Both the position numbers and the translations under genes were made by a program. 64,000 nt of DNA from Octopus sinensis (lineage: Eukaryota), in NCBI RefSeq assembly GCF_006345805.1, contig NC_043011.1:39754464-39818463 (forward strand), in the 5' to 3' direction. A model generated the notes under the pieces. The model was given only the letters and a program-made list of their open reading frames with translations. It was not told where the DNA came from and did no database searches. This document shows positions 39,510 to 53,284 of this stretch, in pieces (position 1 is the first letter of the stretch; each line of letters starts with the position of its first letter).

Positions 39510-40769
39510 GTTTATTATGTTTAGATATACTCATTTATTGTGTATGTGTGTGTATGTCCGTGTCTGAGATGTTTGAATATACTGGTGTTAAATTGATGTG
39601 TTGAGTTGCATTCCTTTTTAATTAAAAAGGAATTAACCATTAAAATAAATAAATAAAATGAGTGTCACACTGAAATAAGAGCTGGGTTTAATAAGACTGA
39701 CTGAGGCACTAAAAGACAATGCCCCAGTATGGCCACAGTTCAAAGACTGAAACCAGCAAAAGGATAAAAGTACAGACCAATATCGGTTTTCCCGAGAAGA
39801 CTTGACGAACAGACAGACCCTTGGCCGAAGCAGAAGCTATTTTACTTAGCTCAAGTTTGAATATTTCCATCATAAAAATATGGTAAAGATCTTTCAGGTT
39901 ATATATAGATTATGCTAATTCCTGTGAAGTAGTTTCAAACTGTCTCAATTATCATTCTTGAATAGTCACAGTAAAGTTGCAATAATCAAGATTATTGCAC
40001 TAGAAATGAAAAAAAAAAAAAAAAAATTCCCGTCTCGGAGAAAAATTCTTGAAATTTCAACATGGAAATATTTATTCCACAGAGAAATCAAGAACTTTTT
40101 CAAGTTCAAAAATTGCTTTACATTCTTGAAAATATTGAATATCTGTCAGAAAAATCAAAATGGCTTATGAAGTTGAAAAAAAAAAAAAAATCCAACAACA
40201 ACAACCCTTTCTGTTATAGGCACGAGGCCTGAAATTTTGGGGGAGGGGACCAGTCAATTAGATCGACCCCAGTGCGTAACTGGTGCTTATTTAATCGACC
40301 CCAAACATTCAGAGAAACTGTTTCACTGTTGAGATTACGATGGGAAATCTGCCAGAGCCAGCTGCTACTTTAGTCTCAGATGTGATGCTGCTTGCAACAT
40401 GAAACGAGAGTAAGAGCAAATGGAAAACTTGGCAGCTGGCAAAAGTAGAATCCTTGTTGAGGTCTTGAAAATTCATATCAAATAGTTTTATCAGTTATTA
40501 CATTCCATGGCTGTAATATATCCATCATACTGAGGCCCCTGAAGCTATTAGAAACATTTGTATGTTTCTTTAGCTTCCATGGAAATTTTATGTTCTGATG
40601 TCGTCATCATTGTTGCTGTTATAATTGTACATGGGAAACCGAATGTAGCTGTAAGGTTTTTATTTGATAATTTAAATTTTGCAGAATTTCACAGACATAA
40701 TCTGAGCAGAACCCTATCACCTGTGAATCTACATCTGTGGGTGTAGACACACACACAAACAAATATATA

Positions 40770-41210
40770 TACAGTAACCCCTTGACTATCACAGGTGTTA
40801 TGTTCCAAAACCCCACCGCAGTAGGTGAAAATCCGTGAAGTTGAAACAGTACTGTACTGTATATTTTGTTTAATTATTTTTACAATTTGTATAGCACCCA
40901 CTACACTCACGGAGTGGTTGGTGTTAGGAAGGGCATCCAGCCGTAGAAACATTGCCAGATCAGACTGGGCCTGGTGCAGCCTTCTGGCTCCCAGACCCCA
41001 GTTGAACCGTCCAACCCATGCAAGCATGGAAAGCGGACGCTAAACGAAGATGATGATGATGATATATTTATTTTATTATAAATACAAAACAACACCATGG
41101 AGGAATCGACATAAGCTTAAATAATAAACCAAAATATGTGAACCGCGATAGGTGAACCATGATAGGTGAACCACGATAAGTGAACCGTGATATGGCGAAG
41201 GATCACTGTA
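40770..41210. mobile_element. Tigger/pogo-like MITE with a nested RTE-tail SINE (~40893-41062)
   Basis: TA-CAGT...ACTG-TA ends; subterminal gtgaaccgcgata repeats. Confidence 0.65.
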
Positions 41211-41436
41211 TTATTATATATGTGTCTGTCTGAGTAGGCCTTGTGTGCATGTACATCTATGTTGTGTCCCTTTGTGCTGTTACCTAGTGGTTCACCAAAT
41301 AGAGATGGATCAAAATAACTGCTAAACTGAAATAAGTGCCGCGGTTAATATGAATAAATAAACCCTTGAAAACAGTGCCCCAGCTTGGTTGTAGTTGAAT
41401 GATTAATATCAATAAAATAATACACACAAGCATACA

Positions 41437-42789
41437 TATGAGGACGGGCTGCAAAGTTCATTGGCTGACCATGAAGGAGTGATGCTAGAGCTGTGACATT
41501 TTGCATGCAATAATTCCAACTCTTCTTGTTAATAACTGCATTGTTTCTTTCCTGTATTATCAAATACGTGCAGGACAGGTGTCTAGTCCCCAAGGACATT
41601 CATACTGACATGGTTGCTACATTGGAGGAAGAAACTCCAGCTTTACCAAGTATGCGAAGGAGGGCAGCAGAATCTAGGAGGCGAAGGGAGAGTCTTGACA
41701 ATGACCCAAGGTCTGGATGTCCTGCAACTGCCACTACCAAAGAGAATATTGATTGTGTTCAGCACATGGTGACGGATGATAGGCAAATGACTATAAATCA
41801 AACAGTCAATGCTCCTAACATATCCTGTGAGAGATTTGAGGTTATTCTACACAATCAAATTCCGCCGAGGTCGACTTTGCCTTTCATCCTTTTGGGGGTC
41901 AATAAATTAAGTACCAGTTGTATACTGGGGAAAATTTTAATCGACTGGCCCCCTCCCCAAAAATTTCGGACCTTGTGCCTAGAGTAGAAAAGAATATTCT
42001 ACTCAATGAAGTTGGTATGATGAAGATTTCTGCTTGGTGAGTGCTATGTCTTCTGACACCTGATCTAAAGTGCACAAGTCTGCCTCACATTGTTTGAGGC
42101 AAACCTAGCCAGTTCCCTTGAATGTTTCCTGATCCAGAATGAATGTCGGATTCATCATTTTGAGCCAGAGACAAAGAGATGATCCATGCAGAGGAAACAC
42201 CGCTCCTTATCTACTCCAAAGAAGGCCATGGTCGTTTTATCTGCCAGGAAGGCGATAGTTTTAGTTTTGAGGGCTGCAAAAGACATTGTGTTTATTGACT
42301 ATCTTTAAAAGACCCACACCATCAAAGGAGAGTACTATACCAACTTGCTGAGGCAGTTATGAAAGGCTATCAAGACCAAACGTCCAGGAAAACTAATGAA
42401 AGGGGTCTTGTTTCATCAGGACAATGCTTCAGCACACAAGTCCTTCTTTTCAATGGTTGTTGTGCATGACTGTGGCTTTGAACTGGTTAATCACCCAACC
42501 AATTCTCCTGATTTAACATCATCTGACTAATTCCCGTTCCCCAACACGAATAAAACATTTGGCTGGGAACTAATACCACATTGATAATGACATCATATCT
42601 GATGTTGGTGACTTTTTTTTTTTAACCAGCAGGATGGAAGCTTCTTCACCAAGGGGATCCAAACACTGCATCACCAATAGAAGAAGTGCATGGACCTCAA
42701 GGGGGGCGGTGCTGGAATATAAACCTCATTTAGTCAACTTCTATGAGAGTATCTTGGTCAGCCTGTGAACTTTTCAGCTGATTGTCATG
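41437..42789 (+). mobile_element. Decayed mariner (Tc1/mariner) transposon
   Basis: Transposase fragments: ...DPRSGCPAT...DDRQMTI...; LFHQDNA.AH; HP..SPDL..SD. Imperfect ends ...aaagttca and tgaacttttcag. Many stops and frameshifts. Confidence 0.9.
41856..41994 (+). mobile_element. 5'-truncated SINE inserted in the mariner, with ~13-bp TSD
   Basis: tattctacacaat (41843-41855) and tattctactcaat (41995-42007) flank SINE core sequence. Confidence 0.8.
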
Positions 42790-44907
42790 AACTAGAGAAC
42801 GATTATCCAATGTGCCATATGGTGGGTCTGAACTGAAAACCACATGGTTGGGAAGTGAACTTCTTAATGATGCACCCATGTCCATTGATACAGAAAATTA
42901 ATATTTCATTTCTTATTTTAATATTCTTTCTTGCAGAAAATACGTAATAACATTAATAGGCATTTTGTCTTTCATCTACTGTATTTAAGCATCCAACTTT
43001 GAACAGGAATTAGAACCATGTAAGTGGTGATCCATGATCTATGATTCGTTAGAAGGAAAATAGTCAGATAAATACTAAAATAAATATTTGAATGTTCCAA
43101 TCAGTTTCCTTTGTTTTCATATTTATTTATTATTTTCTTATTTTTTGTTTCTACCCACTTCACAACCCACTATATTCCATTATCTGCTAATCTAAACAAA
43201 CGCAGATTCTTTTTTGGATCAGCATTTGATGTTACCAAATAATGCAAGCAATGGACATACAAACAGTATCATTTCAAATCCCCAGCACCCAACGAAAAAA
43301 AAAAAAAAGAAAAAAATTCCAACGATTAGTTGGTGTAGCCATGCATCAATAAGTGATGTAACCATGCATCAATATATTTGTAATGATTGTCTGATAAGTT
43401 AATTTAACATTAACTATAGTAATTCAGATGCAATGAAAAGATGATGTAATTAATCGTTATGCTTTAAGCTTGCATTGATCATTAGTCAATAAAAATACAA
43501 CTGCTGTTCTTTGTCAGTTTATAGACTTTAAATCAATCTCAATAATAATATCACTGAGGAGGAAACAGAAACCCTACTGAGTGAAATTCAAGGCAGAAAT
43601 ACCTTAGCATGCTGTAAAAAAAATTTATTTCAAATTTTGGCACAAAACCAGCAACTTCAAGAGATGCCATAAGTTGATTAGATTGACCTCAGTGTCCAAC
43701 AGGTACGTACTTATTATGTTGACCCCAAAAGGATGAAAGGCAAAGTAAACCTTGGTGGAATTTGAACTCAGGATGTGAGGACGAATGAAATGTTGCTAAG
43801 GTTTTTGCTCAACATGCTATCCTTTTGATATTCTAACCTCATCACCTCCTTACATAAATTATGCCAACCCCTGCTCCCCAAGATTTTCACATCTTGAAAG
43901 CTGCATGCCAACCTCTCTAGTATCATTGAATTAAAAAAAAAAGCATGCTGTAAAGTACTTGGCATTATGTAAGGCATGAGATATAGAAACCATGCCGGAA
44001 CAGGCACTGAAGCATTATATGGTCCTTGGGCCATCAGATCCTGTCACACTTTCAAAACATCCAACCCATGCCAGCATGGAAGAAGAGGCATTAAATGGTG
44101 ATGCTAATCTGCACAAAACTGCTCCAAGATTTATGATCTAAGCTTCCTGCTTTAAATTGATCTAAGTTAAGAACTCTCCATAAAAATTTTCTATGTTCCA
44201 AAATCCCAAATTTTACTAAATTCTTTATTATTTTCAACACTAATTGAAACAAAGGCAGGATATTTCAGCAGAGATATGGTAATGAAAGGATTAAACTGTA
44301 TGGCTGAAGCGGGGTTGGACATTAAAGAAAAATACTTGTGAAATATTGAAGATCGGAGGAAAACAGGTACAGAAATGTTTCACCATACTCTGTGTAAAAA
44401 CTTTGAACTGCATTGGTGCCGGATGACAAAATGGAAGGCAGGCTGATGAATTTTAGAACTTTGTTTCAATAACTATATTGTTACATGTGCAGGTACATGC
44501 CTTTAGGCACTGCGGATTGCTTTGAGGACACAGTGAATGTAAATTGTCAAAACGCAGCCGGTACAATGGCTTTACTGAGTGACATGATTTGTGCATCAGA
44601 CACCAAACCAACATCAAAGAGACAATCTTGGCCAAATGGAGGAGAATTTTAAATTGCATTAATTATTTTTCAATTGAAACACTTCCTGCATGTGAAACCA
44701 ACAGAGTGTGTTTTGCATATTGCATATTTTGTTTCGGAGTAACATCGTATGGTAATCAACTAATTCATTATTTTTATGGTCCACTAATGCATTTGGAATT
44801 TCAATCCTTCTTTTAAAAGAAGGTCAAAGCAAAATTAAGGCAAGGAGAAAGGGGGCCTCTGCAGAATTAACAGGTAGTTCAATAGTTGGAATTATACAGT
44901 GTGTGTA

Positions 44908-44943
<36 letters not shown>

Positions 44944-45381
44944 ACTCATAATGTATATGCTGTGTTTGATGACATATAAGATGCAAATAGTTTCAAAAAA
45001 ATCTTAAAATATCACCTTGAGTCATATATGCAAAGATGGATCTATGTTATATGCTTTGATGCATGAAAACCTATGACACTTGCTCAAGATATCAAAGCAG
45101 TGGGATGGAAATGGAAGCCATGTGGTTGGGAAGCAAACTTCTTAACTACACACACACACAAGCATGGTGTGTGTAACTATAAGTGTGCGTAGAACCTAGT
45201 GCCTGTGTGGCACCATGTAAAAGCACCTAGCATACTCTGTAAAGTGGTTGGCATTAGGAAGGGCATCCAGCTGTAGAAACTTTGCCAGATTGGATTGGGG
45301 CTTGATACAGTCTTCTGGCTTGCCAGCCTCCAGTCAAACCGTCCAACCCATGCCAGCATGGAAAGTGGACATTAAATGATG

Positions 45382-45415
<34 letters not shown>

Positions 45416-45731
45416 TATATACAACTCTGCGGCTTACTAGCTCTGGGCAAACCATCCAACCCATACCAGCATGGAAAAATGGAAATTAAATAATAATGAT
45501 GATGTATGTATGTATAATAGCTAAAAGTTGTTAGAGGTCCATTTACATTATATACATATGGGGAAAATTTTTGTTAAATACTGTTAAAGATGAATTTTCA
45601 ATAAAAGATTGCATTTTAAACTTTTATTTGATTAATGAGACAAAAGTGGCCTAGAACATATTTAAGTATCTAAGTATGTAATTAATCACAAATAAATGAT
45701 ATTTTAATCAGCGAAAAAGACAGAAGCTTAC

Positions 45732-45808
45732 CCAAATACTATACTGGATATTGTGGTACCAATTAAAGCATAAGTCATAACTGCACCAAGATTCCGAAAA
45801 AAATGTTT
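45732..45808 (-). CDS. SLC9A6/7/9: NHE exon: KHFFRNLGAVMTYALIGTTISSIVF(G)
   Basis: ttcttcag|AAA CAT...TTT GG|gtaagc. 77 nt. FFRNLG motif; phase joins the next exon. Confidence 0.95.
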
Positions 45809-45884
45809 CTGAAGAATTACAATGAGGAAGAAGAAAAAGAGAATGTTAATATAATAATAATAATAATAATAATAATAGTAAAAA

Positions 45885-46142
45885 TAAAAAGGTGGTAGTA
45901 GTACCAATAATTGTCGGAGCTCTGAGTACAGTGAGTAAAAATTTTGAGAATTACATGGAACAAATAGGGGCTGCAATAAGGGTAGAGCATTTACAGAAAA
46001 CAGCACTGCTTGGAACTGCTTGAATACTCCGGATGGCGCTTGAAAAATAAGGAAGTGTTACCCTAGTTCACTGGTAGTGAACAGTTGACACCATAGTACA
46101 TCTCCAGCGATAAAAGCTGTGCAAAGATAATAAACTAATAAT
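45885..46142 (+). mobile_element. R4/Dong-like (restriction-like endonuclease) non-LTR 3' end in a (TAA)n tract
   Basis: VVVVPIIVGALSTVSK...HLQKTALLGTA.ILR motif; TAA repeats on both sides. Confidence 0.78.
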
Positions 46143-46609
46143 CTTTTCTACTAAAGGAACAAGGCCTGAAATTTTGTAGGGAGGGGTCTAGTTGATTACA
46201 TCAACCCCAGTGCACAACTGGCACTTATTTCATCAACTGCAAAAGGATGAAAAGTAAAGTCAACCTCAGCGGAATTTGAACACAGAACATTAAGGATGGA
46301 TGAAATGCCACTAAGCATTTTAGCCAGCTTGCTAATGATTCTGTGTGTGTGTGTCTATTTGTTTCTCACCACTGCTTGACAACCGGTGTTGGTTTTAGTT
46401 TATGTCCCTGTAACTTAGCAGTTTTACAAAAGGGGCCAACAGAATAAATGACTAGGTTTGAAAAAAAAAAAAAAGGGACTGCTTAACTAAAACTCTTCAA
46501 GGTGATGCTGCAGCATGGTCGCAGTCTAATGACTGAAACAAGTAAAAAAGACAAACTAAACACATGAATGAATGAATGAATGAATAAATAAATAAGCGAT
46601 GGTACTTAC

Positions 46610-46687
46610 TCGTTTCATACTGTATCCAGCATTGAAAATAATAACAGGAAGAAGAACATTGAAGAACAACTCTGGATCAAACGTAAC
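46610..46687 (-). CDS. SLC9A6/7/9: NHE6/7/9-type Na+/H+ exchanger, first coding exon found in window (vertebrate exon-3 equivalent): [26 protein letters not shown]
   Basis: Minus strand reads tatgtag|GTT ACG TTT GAT CCA...AAA CGA|gtaagt. 78 nt, phase 0/0. Matches the conserved FDPE-FF-LLP-IIF-AGYS motif. Confidence 0.95.
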
Positions 46688-47159
46688 CTACATAAGATAA
46701 AGAAAAATAACAAATTCATTAGCAATGATACAGAAACAACACACAAAACAATTTATAAATAAATATCAACATCATGGTTGAGTGGTTAGTAATAAGGGCA
46801 TCGAACTGTAAAAAAAGGGAGAGAAAAAGAAGATAAAGCAAATTGCTCCAATAAAACCTATCCTAAGCATCCAAGTGTGAAAATTAATAACAGTTTCAAA
46901 ATTTTGGCACAGGGCCAGGATTTTTAAGGGAGGGGGGTAAGTTGATTACATCGTTCCCAGTGCTCAACTAGTACTTACATTATCGACCCTAAAAGGAAGA
47001 ACGGCAAAGTCAACCTTGGTAGAATTTGAACTCACAACATGACAGATGAAACACTGCTAAGCATTTTGCCTGAGGTGCTACCAGTTCTGCCAGCTCACCA
47101 CCTTAGTATGAAAAACTAATATTAAAACAATTTAACCCTTTTGTTACTATATTTCTGTT

Positions 47160-48058
47160 GAGAATGTCAGTGGGCACACACGACAGAATGTAAGCACCCT
47201 GAGAGAAATGTTGGATTAAGAAACATTGGATGTGGCATGCAAGAGAGACATTTGCGTTGGTAAAGTCATGTACTACGGATGGATGAGGAGAGCTGTGTGA
47301 AGAAGTGCCACTCCCAAACAGTGGAAGGAATCTGTGGTAGAGAGAGACCCAGGAAGGCATGGGATGAGGTGGTGAAGCATGACCTACAAACGTTGGGCCT
47401 CAGAGGAAATGACAATAGACAGAGACCTCTGGAGATATTCTGTGACCGAGAAGACTCAGCAAATAAAGTGAGATCACAGCTGTAACCTACACCAGTGTCG
47501 TATAATCAGCCACCTCAAAAGTACCCTTGGATCGTAGGCTACATGTCGTACTTGAGGAGACCTATTGAGTCGAGTACATCAACATCAAATGAAATCAAAT
47601 CACAATCAAATGGAAATTGTAGTTGTGGTCCCCATGCCGGTGGCACATGAAAAGCACCATCCAAACGTGTTGATGCCAGCACCCTCGCCCTGACTTGCTT
47701 TTGTGCTGGTGACACATAAAATGCACCATCTGAACATGGCCGATGTCAGTTCTGTCTTGACTGGCTCCTATGCTGGTGGCATGCAAAAAGCACCATCTGG
47801 TCATGGTCGATGCTAGCCTCCTCTGGCCCGTGCCAGTGGCACGTTAAAAGCACCATCTGATTGTGATCGATGCCAGTCCCCTCTGGGCCCTGTGCCAGTG
47901 GTACGTAAAAAGCACCCACTACACTCCCAGAGTGGTTGGCATTAGGAAGGGCACCCAGCTGTAGGAACATTGCCAGATCAGACTGGCTTTCCAAACCCCA
48001 GTTGAACTGTCCAACCCATGCCAGCATGGAAAACGGACGTTACATGATGATGATGATG
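47160..48058 (+). mobile_element. RTE LINE 3' fragment, same family as 53752-54790
   Basis: MDEESCVKKCHSQTVEG..RERPRKAWDEVVKHDL, shared 3' UTR, (GAT)n tail. Confidence 0.88.
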
Positions 48059-49991
48059 CTCTGCGTTTCTTTCAATTGATTTTAAATATAATAAAGGAAT
48101 TTAATAAAATAACTCTTGAAAACAAAGTTCCAACATGGCCACAGTCTAATGACTGAAGTAAAGGAGAATAAACACAGTGAACCTATGTGTGTTGTTGTCA
48201 CTGATTAATCTTTTTGTAGGTTCTATTCTGTCAAAGTGGTCAGTGAAGATGAAGAAAACATTGAAAATGAAATATTATTTCTGACTTAGCTAACATGGAG
48301 TCTCAATGCTAGTTGCTTTCTTCAGAGCCAGACTATTGAAGCTCCATAAAGCCACTGGATAAATTTTTCAAAACTGCATCACTCACACATCTCTATGACT
48401 ATGAATGTAATGACTGGAAGGTGAGATGATCAAATGAAGCCCTAATATTTTGTAGGTGGTCTAGTACATCTTCCTGCTCAAGGAACTCGGTGAGATGGTT
48501 ACTGTTGAGGTTGCCCTGATAGATATTCAATGTTGCAATTTAAAAGGCAATAACAGAATGGTTTCGACTTCAATTTATTTGAGATTTGAAACTTTTGGGG
48601 GAGAACTTGATCATAAGGACTCTACTTTAGGCAAGTTTGGTAGATTTATCTGCATTCCATTTAGCATACGGTTCCACATTGAACATATCGTTTTACTGGG
48701 ACCTAGACAAATGGTTATAACCACTGCTGCCTGGAGTACATAACTAGCTGCAAGTGGGAATCCTATGACTAGATATAAGGGGACGTTTAGGTTGGGGATT
48801 GAATAGAATGGCAGGAGTTGATTTGCATCATATTTTCAGTAATGAATAGCTTGTAATATTTTCATTGTTAGCAGAGCCACTTTGAGCAAACATTGTATCC
48901 AGTTCTTGAAGACTTAATTATGTTGAATATGGTGTTCATGAATTTAATAGCTTTGTACATATAATTAATATTTTCAATGGCTCACCTTAATAAATAATTA
49001 AATAGGAAAAAAAAAAAACTGAAAAAGATCAAAGATTAGATTTGAGTGTTGTGTTTCTAACTTAAGATACATCTATGTAATCTTTTCTGGTGATCTGGTC
49101 GCTTAGCATTTCAAGATGGTAATCATTAGTGCCTGAATGCTTTATCAAGCACCAATCATTGTACTGCAATAAAGAAACAATGTTTCATTTACAAAGTGGT
49201 AGCACACACATGTTACCGAGTTTTACACCATCATCTAATTTTTAACTTCCCTTGTTGCAAGTATATGCACAGGACCACCATGTGTGTGTATGTGTGTGTG
49301 TGTGTCCACCACCGCCACCACTATCATTTTATTTTCTTCTCAACAAATCATGGCCTGCAGATATTCAGACTGGGTAACATCTGTATCGATCCCATCAATC
49401 TTTACGAAGTGCTTGCAAAAGATAATGAACACAGCCTCTTTCCTCCATGATTAATTTGGTGAAATAAAAAATAAATGGATGAAGGAATAAAAAGAGAAAA
49501 AGTTTCAATGGCAGATGATACCTATAGATCAATTACAACAATTCCTTCAACTCATTTCACCATTTACAGCAACAACACCATTGAGAAGAGAATGAATATT
49601 GTACAGGCCCATTTCCCTTGACCATAAAAACGTGACTGTATAAATAATGAATTAATTTAGAGAACGTGTATACACAGAGAGACAGAAGTGTACAACTATA
49701 CATGTACACATATGGTTAATAAATATAATTAAAGGTGAGCATAATAAATGAAATGTCTACGTGTCCCAGGTGAGTTATTGTTAATAGATCAGAAATTTTT
49801 TTCACACTGTTAATCATTAGAGATGAAAAATAAAATAAAAGTCTTATATTTACAGCTATACTGAGTTTCATCTCTGATTGTCATCAGCTTGACAGCCTGA
49901 GTGATAATAATGTTATAGACTATGTATGTTGGCCTAAGTGTGGCTATGTAGTTCAGAGATTCACTTTGCAATCAAAGGCTACCAAGTATCA

Positions 49992-50390
49992 GGCGGCGAG
50001 CTGGCAGAAACGTTAGCACGCCGAGTGAAATGCTTAGCGGTATTTCGTCTGCGTTACGTTGTGAGTTCAAATTCCGCCGAGGTCGACTTTGCCTTTCATC
50101 CTTTTGGGGTCGATAAATTAAGTACCAGTTACGCACTGGGGTCGATGTAATCAACTTAATACCTATGTCTGTCCTTGTTTGTCCCCTCTGTGTTTAGCCC
50201 CTTGTGGGTAATAAAGAAATAGGTATTTCGTCTCACTCTTTACATTCTGAGTTCAAATTCCACTGAGGCCATCTTTGCCTTTCATCCTTTCAGCGTAGAT
50301 AAATTAAGTACCAGCTGTGTACTGAGGTCGATCTAATCTACTGGCCCACTCCCCTAAAATTTTGGGCCTTGTGCCAAGAGTAGAAACGAA
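49992..50390 (+). mobile_element. Family B SINE followed by a second partial copy
   Basis: Near-identical to the reverse complement of 4803-5038; the internal segment restarts at ~50221. Confidence 0.85.
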
Positions 50391-51399
50391 AGGCTTCCGA
50401 GTATTATCCCACTATGAAGCACGCTTGACTACATGTCCTCTGCATTAGCTTTGGGTTGAGTAGATTTTGATGCTGTGCCAAAACTTGTCAAATATATGTA
50501 CAGTGAGAGAGAGAGAAAAGGGAGAGAGGAAGTGAGTGCATGTGTGTGATGAAAGAGAATTTAAAGCCCAACTTCATCCAGGGCAGGTACCCCCGCTCCA
50601 TAGACATTTGATTATTAGGACATTCCTTGTCAAGCAAGTATGAAAATAAAAAGGAGATGAATAGAGGAAAGCATGATGATTATATTTACATGGAATACAA
50701 ATAAGCAAAAATAGTTATGTAAGAGTCTTATCTCAACAGCTGTTTTGAGTTACCCATGGCTTATGTCATAATCACATCTGTTATGTAATAAAGACCCATG
50801 TCATGGGTGTATAGAATAACTTGAATTCTTGTCACATTACCCTTATCAGAAGCTTCTAGCTAAAGGCTTTTAGCCAGAGTCTTCTGATGAAGGTATCAGA
50901 AAGGGTGCACAAATAGGGTACCTCATCAGCTAACACTGGATTTGAAGGAAAAAAAAGGGTGGAAGTTTGCTCTAATCTAATTGAAGCCAATGAAGACAGA
51001 TTTTCTGATCTAGTAACAATGGATGAAATATGGTTCAGTCAATGGAATGGTGTCACACCTCTTTAGCAAAGTGTAAGAATTCCAAGAACCAGCATTCAGC
51101 ACAGAATGTCATGGTGACTACTTTACGGGATCACAAGGATGATGAGAGAGAGGGAGAGAGATACAGTTACAGATATATAAACACATAGACACACATACAT
51201 AGAGGAGTGAGTGTAGTACAGTAGGTATGGCTACCTCAAAGGTAGGAGTGAATACATTTGTAGAATTACAATTTTATCATAGGTATTAAAAAGTTCAATG
51301 TTTTATATTGACCAGTATTTTTATCCCCGGAGGGAATCTCCAGACTCTGCTGAATATTGACAAAAAAAAATGGGAATTAATTTAATTTGGCTCACAGAC

Positions 51400-51855
51400 A
51401 CTGCGTGTATGTGTATGTGTGGATGTGTGAGAGTGAATGAATGCGCATGTAAGTGAATGTGTGTGTGTGTGTGTGTGTGTATGAGTTTCTTTGAGTTTCT
51501 GTGAGTGTGGATGTGCATGTGAGTGAAAAAGTGTGTGTGTGTGTGTGTATGAGTTTCTTTGAGTTTCTGTGAGTGTGGATGTGCATGTGAGTGAAAAAGT
51601 GTGTGTGTGTGTGTGAGTGAGTAAGTGAGTGTGTGCGTGTGTGAGTAAGTGAGTGTGTGCGTGTGTGTGTGAGTGAGTAAGTGAGTGTGTGTGTGTGAGT
51701 AAGTGAGTGTGTGTGAGTGAGTAAGTGAGTGTGTGTGTGTGAGTAAGTGAGTGTGTGTGTGTGTGAGTAAGTGAGTGTGTGTGTGTGTGAGTGAGTGAGT
51801 GTGTGCATGTGTGAGTAAGTGAGTGTGTGTGTGAGTGAGTGTGTGTGTGAGTGAA
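51400..51855. repeat. Duplicated ~70-bp GT-rich unit followed by a gtgagtaagtgagtgtgt compound repeat
   Basis: atgagtttctttgagtttctgtgagtgtggatgtgcatgtgagtgaaaaa occurs twice. Confidence 0.8.
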
Positions 51856-52461
51856 TGTTAGTGCCTGGTTGCCTATTTCAGAGGTTTGTTTTTATGATAG
51901 TTGATTATATGACACTATGTCATATAATGCGTTAACCTGGGAATGTGTGTGTCATGAACAGGAAGGGCAAAAGTAAGTATTTAAAAAATAAAATGCTTTC
52001 TATTCATTGATACAATACAAAAAAACAACAACAACAACAACAATAATCTATATTTGTATGATTTATGGAAACAGAGGAGCGGTGCATGTGCTTGTTACTT
52101 TGGAGCCAAAAATATTTCTTGAGAGGTCAGCACAGAAAGAAGAATCTAGAGTGTTTGGTCTGGGACTGGTCGTTCTAGTCAGGGATGGTTATACAGCAAA
52201 CTAGTTTTCTTCAAGAATGGTAATATGTGTATGTGGGAGTTGGTGGTGTCTCTGTAAATATTGTTGGTTCTTGTGAATGGGAGTAGGGGGGGGGGGAAAG
52301 AGAGAAGATGGAAAGCGCTACAGCAATAGTAAAACGTTTTTTTATTCATAAACGACATGATTTTATAGAAAGACAGATAAGTATGTGTGCATATATTGGA
52401 ATGCGGTGTCAAAGAGAAGGAAACAGGCAGACAAGAGTGTGGGAAGATGCATGTAAAGGAA

Positions 52462-52526
<65 letters not shown>

Positions 52527-52568
52527 GTATATAAACACATATGTATATATGTGTATATGTATATATAT

Positions 52569-52601
<33 letters not shown>

Positions 52602-52636
52602 GTATATAAACATATATGTATATATGTGTATCTGTA

Positions 52637-52693
<57 letters not shown>

Positions 52694-52735
52694 GTATATA
52701 AACACATATGTATATATGTGTATATGTATATATAT

Positions 52736-52766
<31 letters not shown>

Positions 52767-52974
52767 GTATATAAACATATATGTATATATGTGTATCTGT
52801 ATATATGTGTGTATATATATATATAAATATACGTCCCAAAATGTAACTACATGTGGCTTGTTGGTGATTTCTTTCCTCCGTCTCCTGTTTCTGAAGAAGA
52901 GCTATGCTCAAAACATAAAACACCCTTTCTTTCCTAGTGTCATATAATCAACTATCATAAAAATTTTATACGAT

Positions 52975-53284
52975 GACTAGCAGTATCGCCCGACGTAGCC
53001 CGAGTTTGTAAGGGAAATAACTATATAAGCATTTTTAGAGAGTTACTTCCCTTATATAACCTGAGCAAAAATCATTAAAAATGTGGAAAAATGATGGTAA
53101 ATTTTTTTTTAAATCGTAGACTCATCGTAGATGCACGCTAATACCCAGAAGGGATCGATATGGATGATGACTATAAGATACCTGCTTTTGGTTAAACTGC
53201 ACCGCAAAATGTGGGAGTAGTTAGGAATCTAAATCGGAGGAGACAGAGTCTCACACACACAACTTCAATTTTATATATAAAGAT
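52975..53284 (+). mobile_element. Helitron/Helentron-associated non-autonomous element (HINE-like)
   Basis: 5' actagcagtatcgcccg.cgt.gcccg and 3' aacttcaattttatatataaagat; no ORF. Confidence 0.6.

Noticed and set aside
41526-41987. 153-aa ORF as a functional transposase
   Set aside because: It reads from the mariner N-terminus into an inserted SINE; the catalytic region is full of stops.
49345-49420. Candidate upstream NHE exon (HFVKIDGIDTDVTQSEYLQ)
   Set aside because: Needs a weak GC donor and has no clear homology; a second candidate at ~49545-49645 is equally unsupported.
50884-50905. CTGATGAAG...GAAA word
   Set aside because: No stem I or stem III pairing; not a hammerhead.
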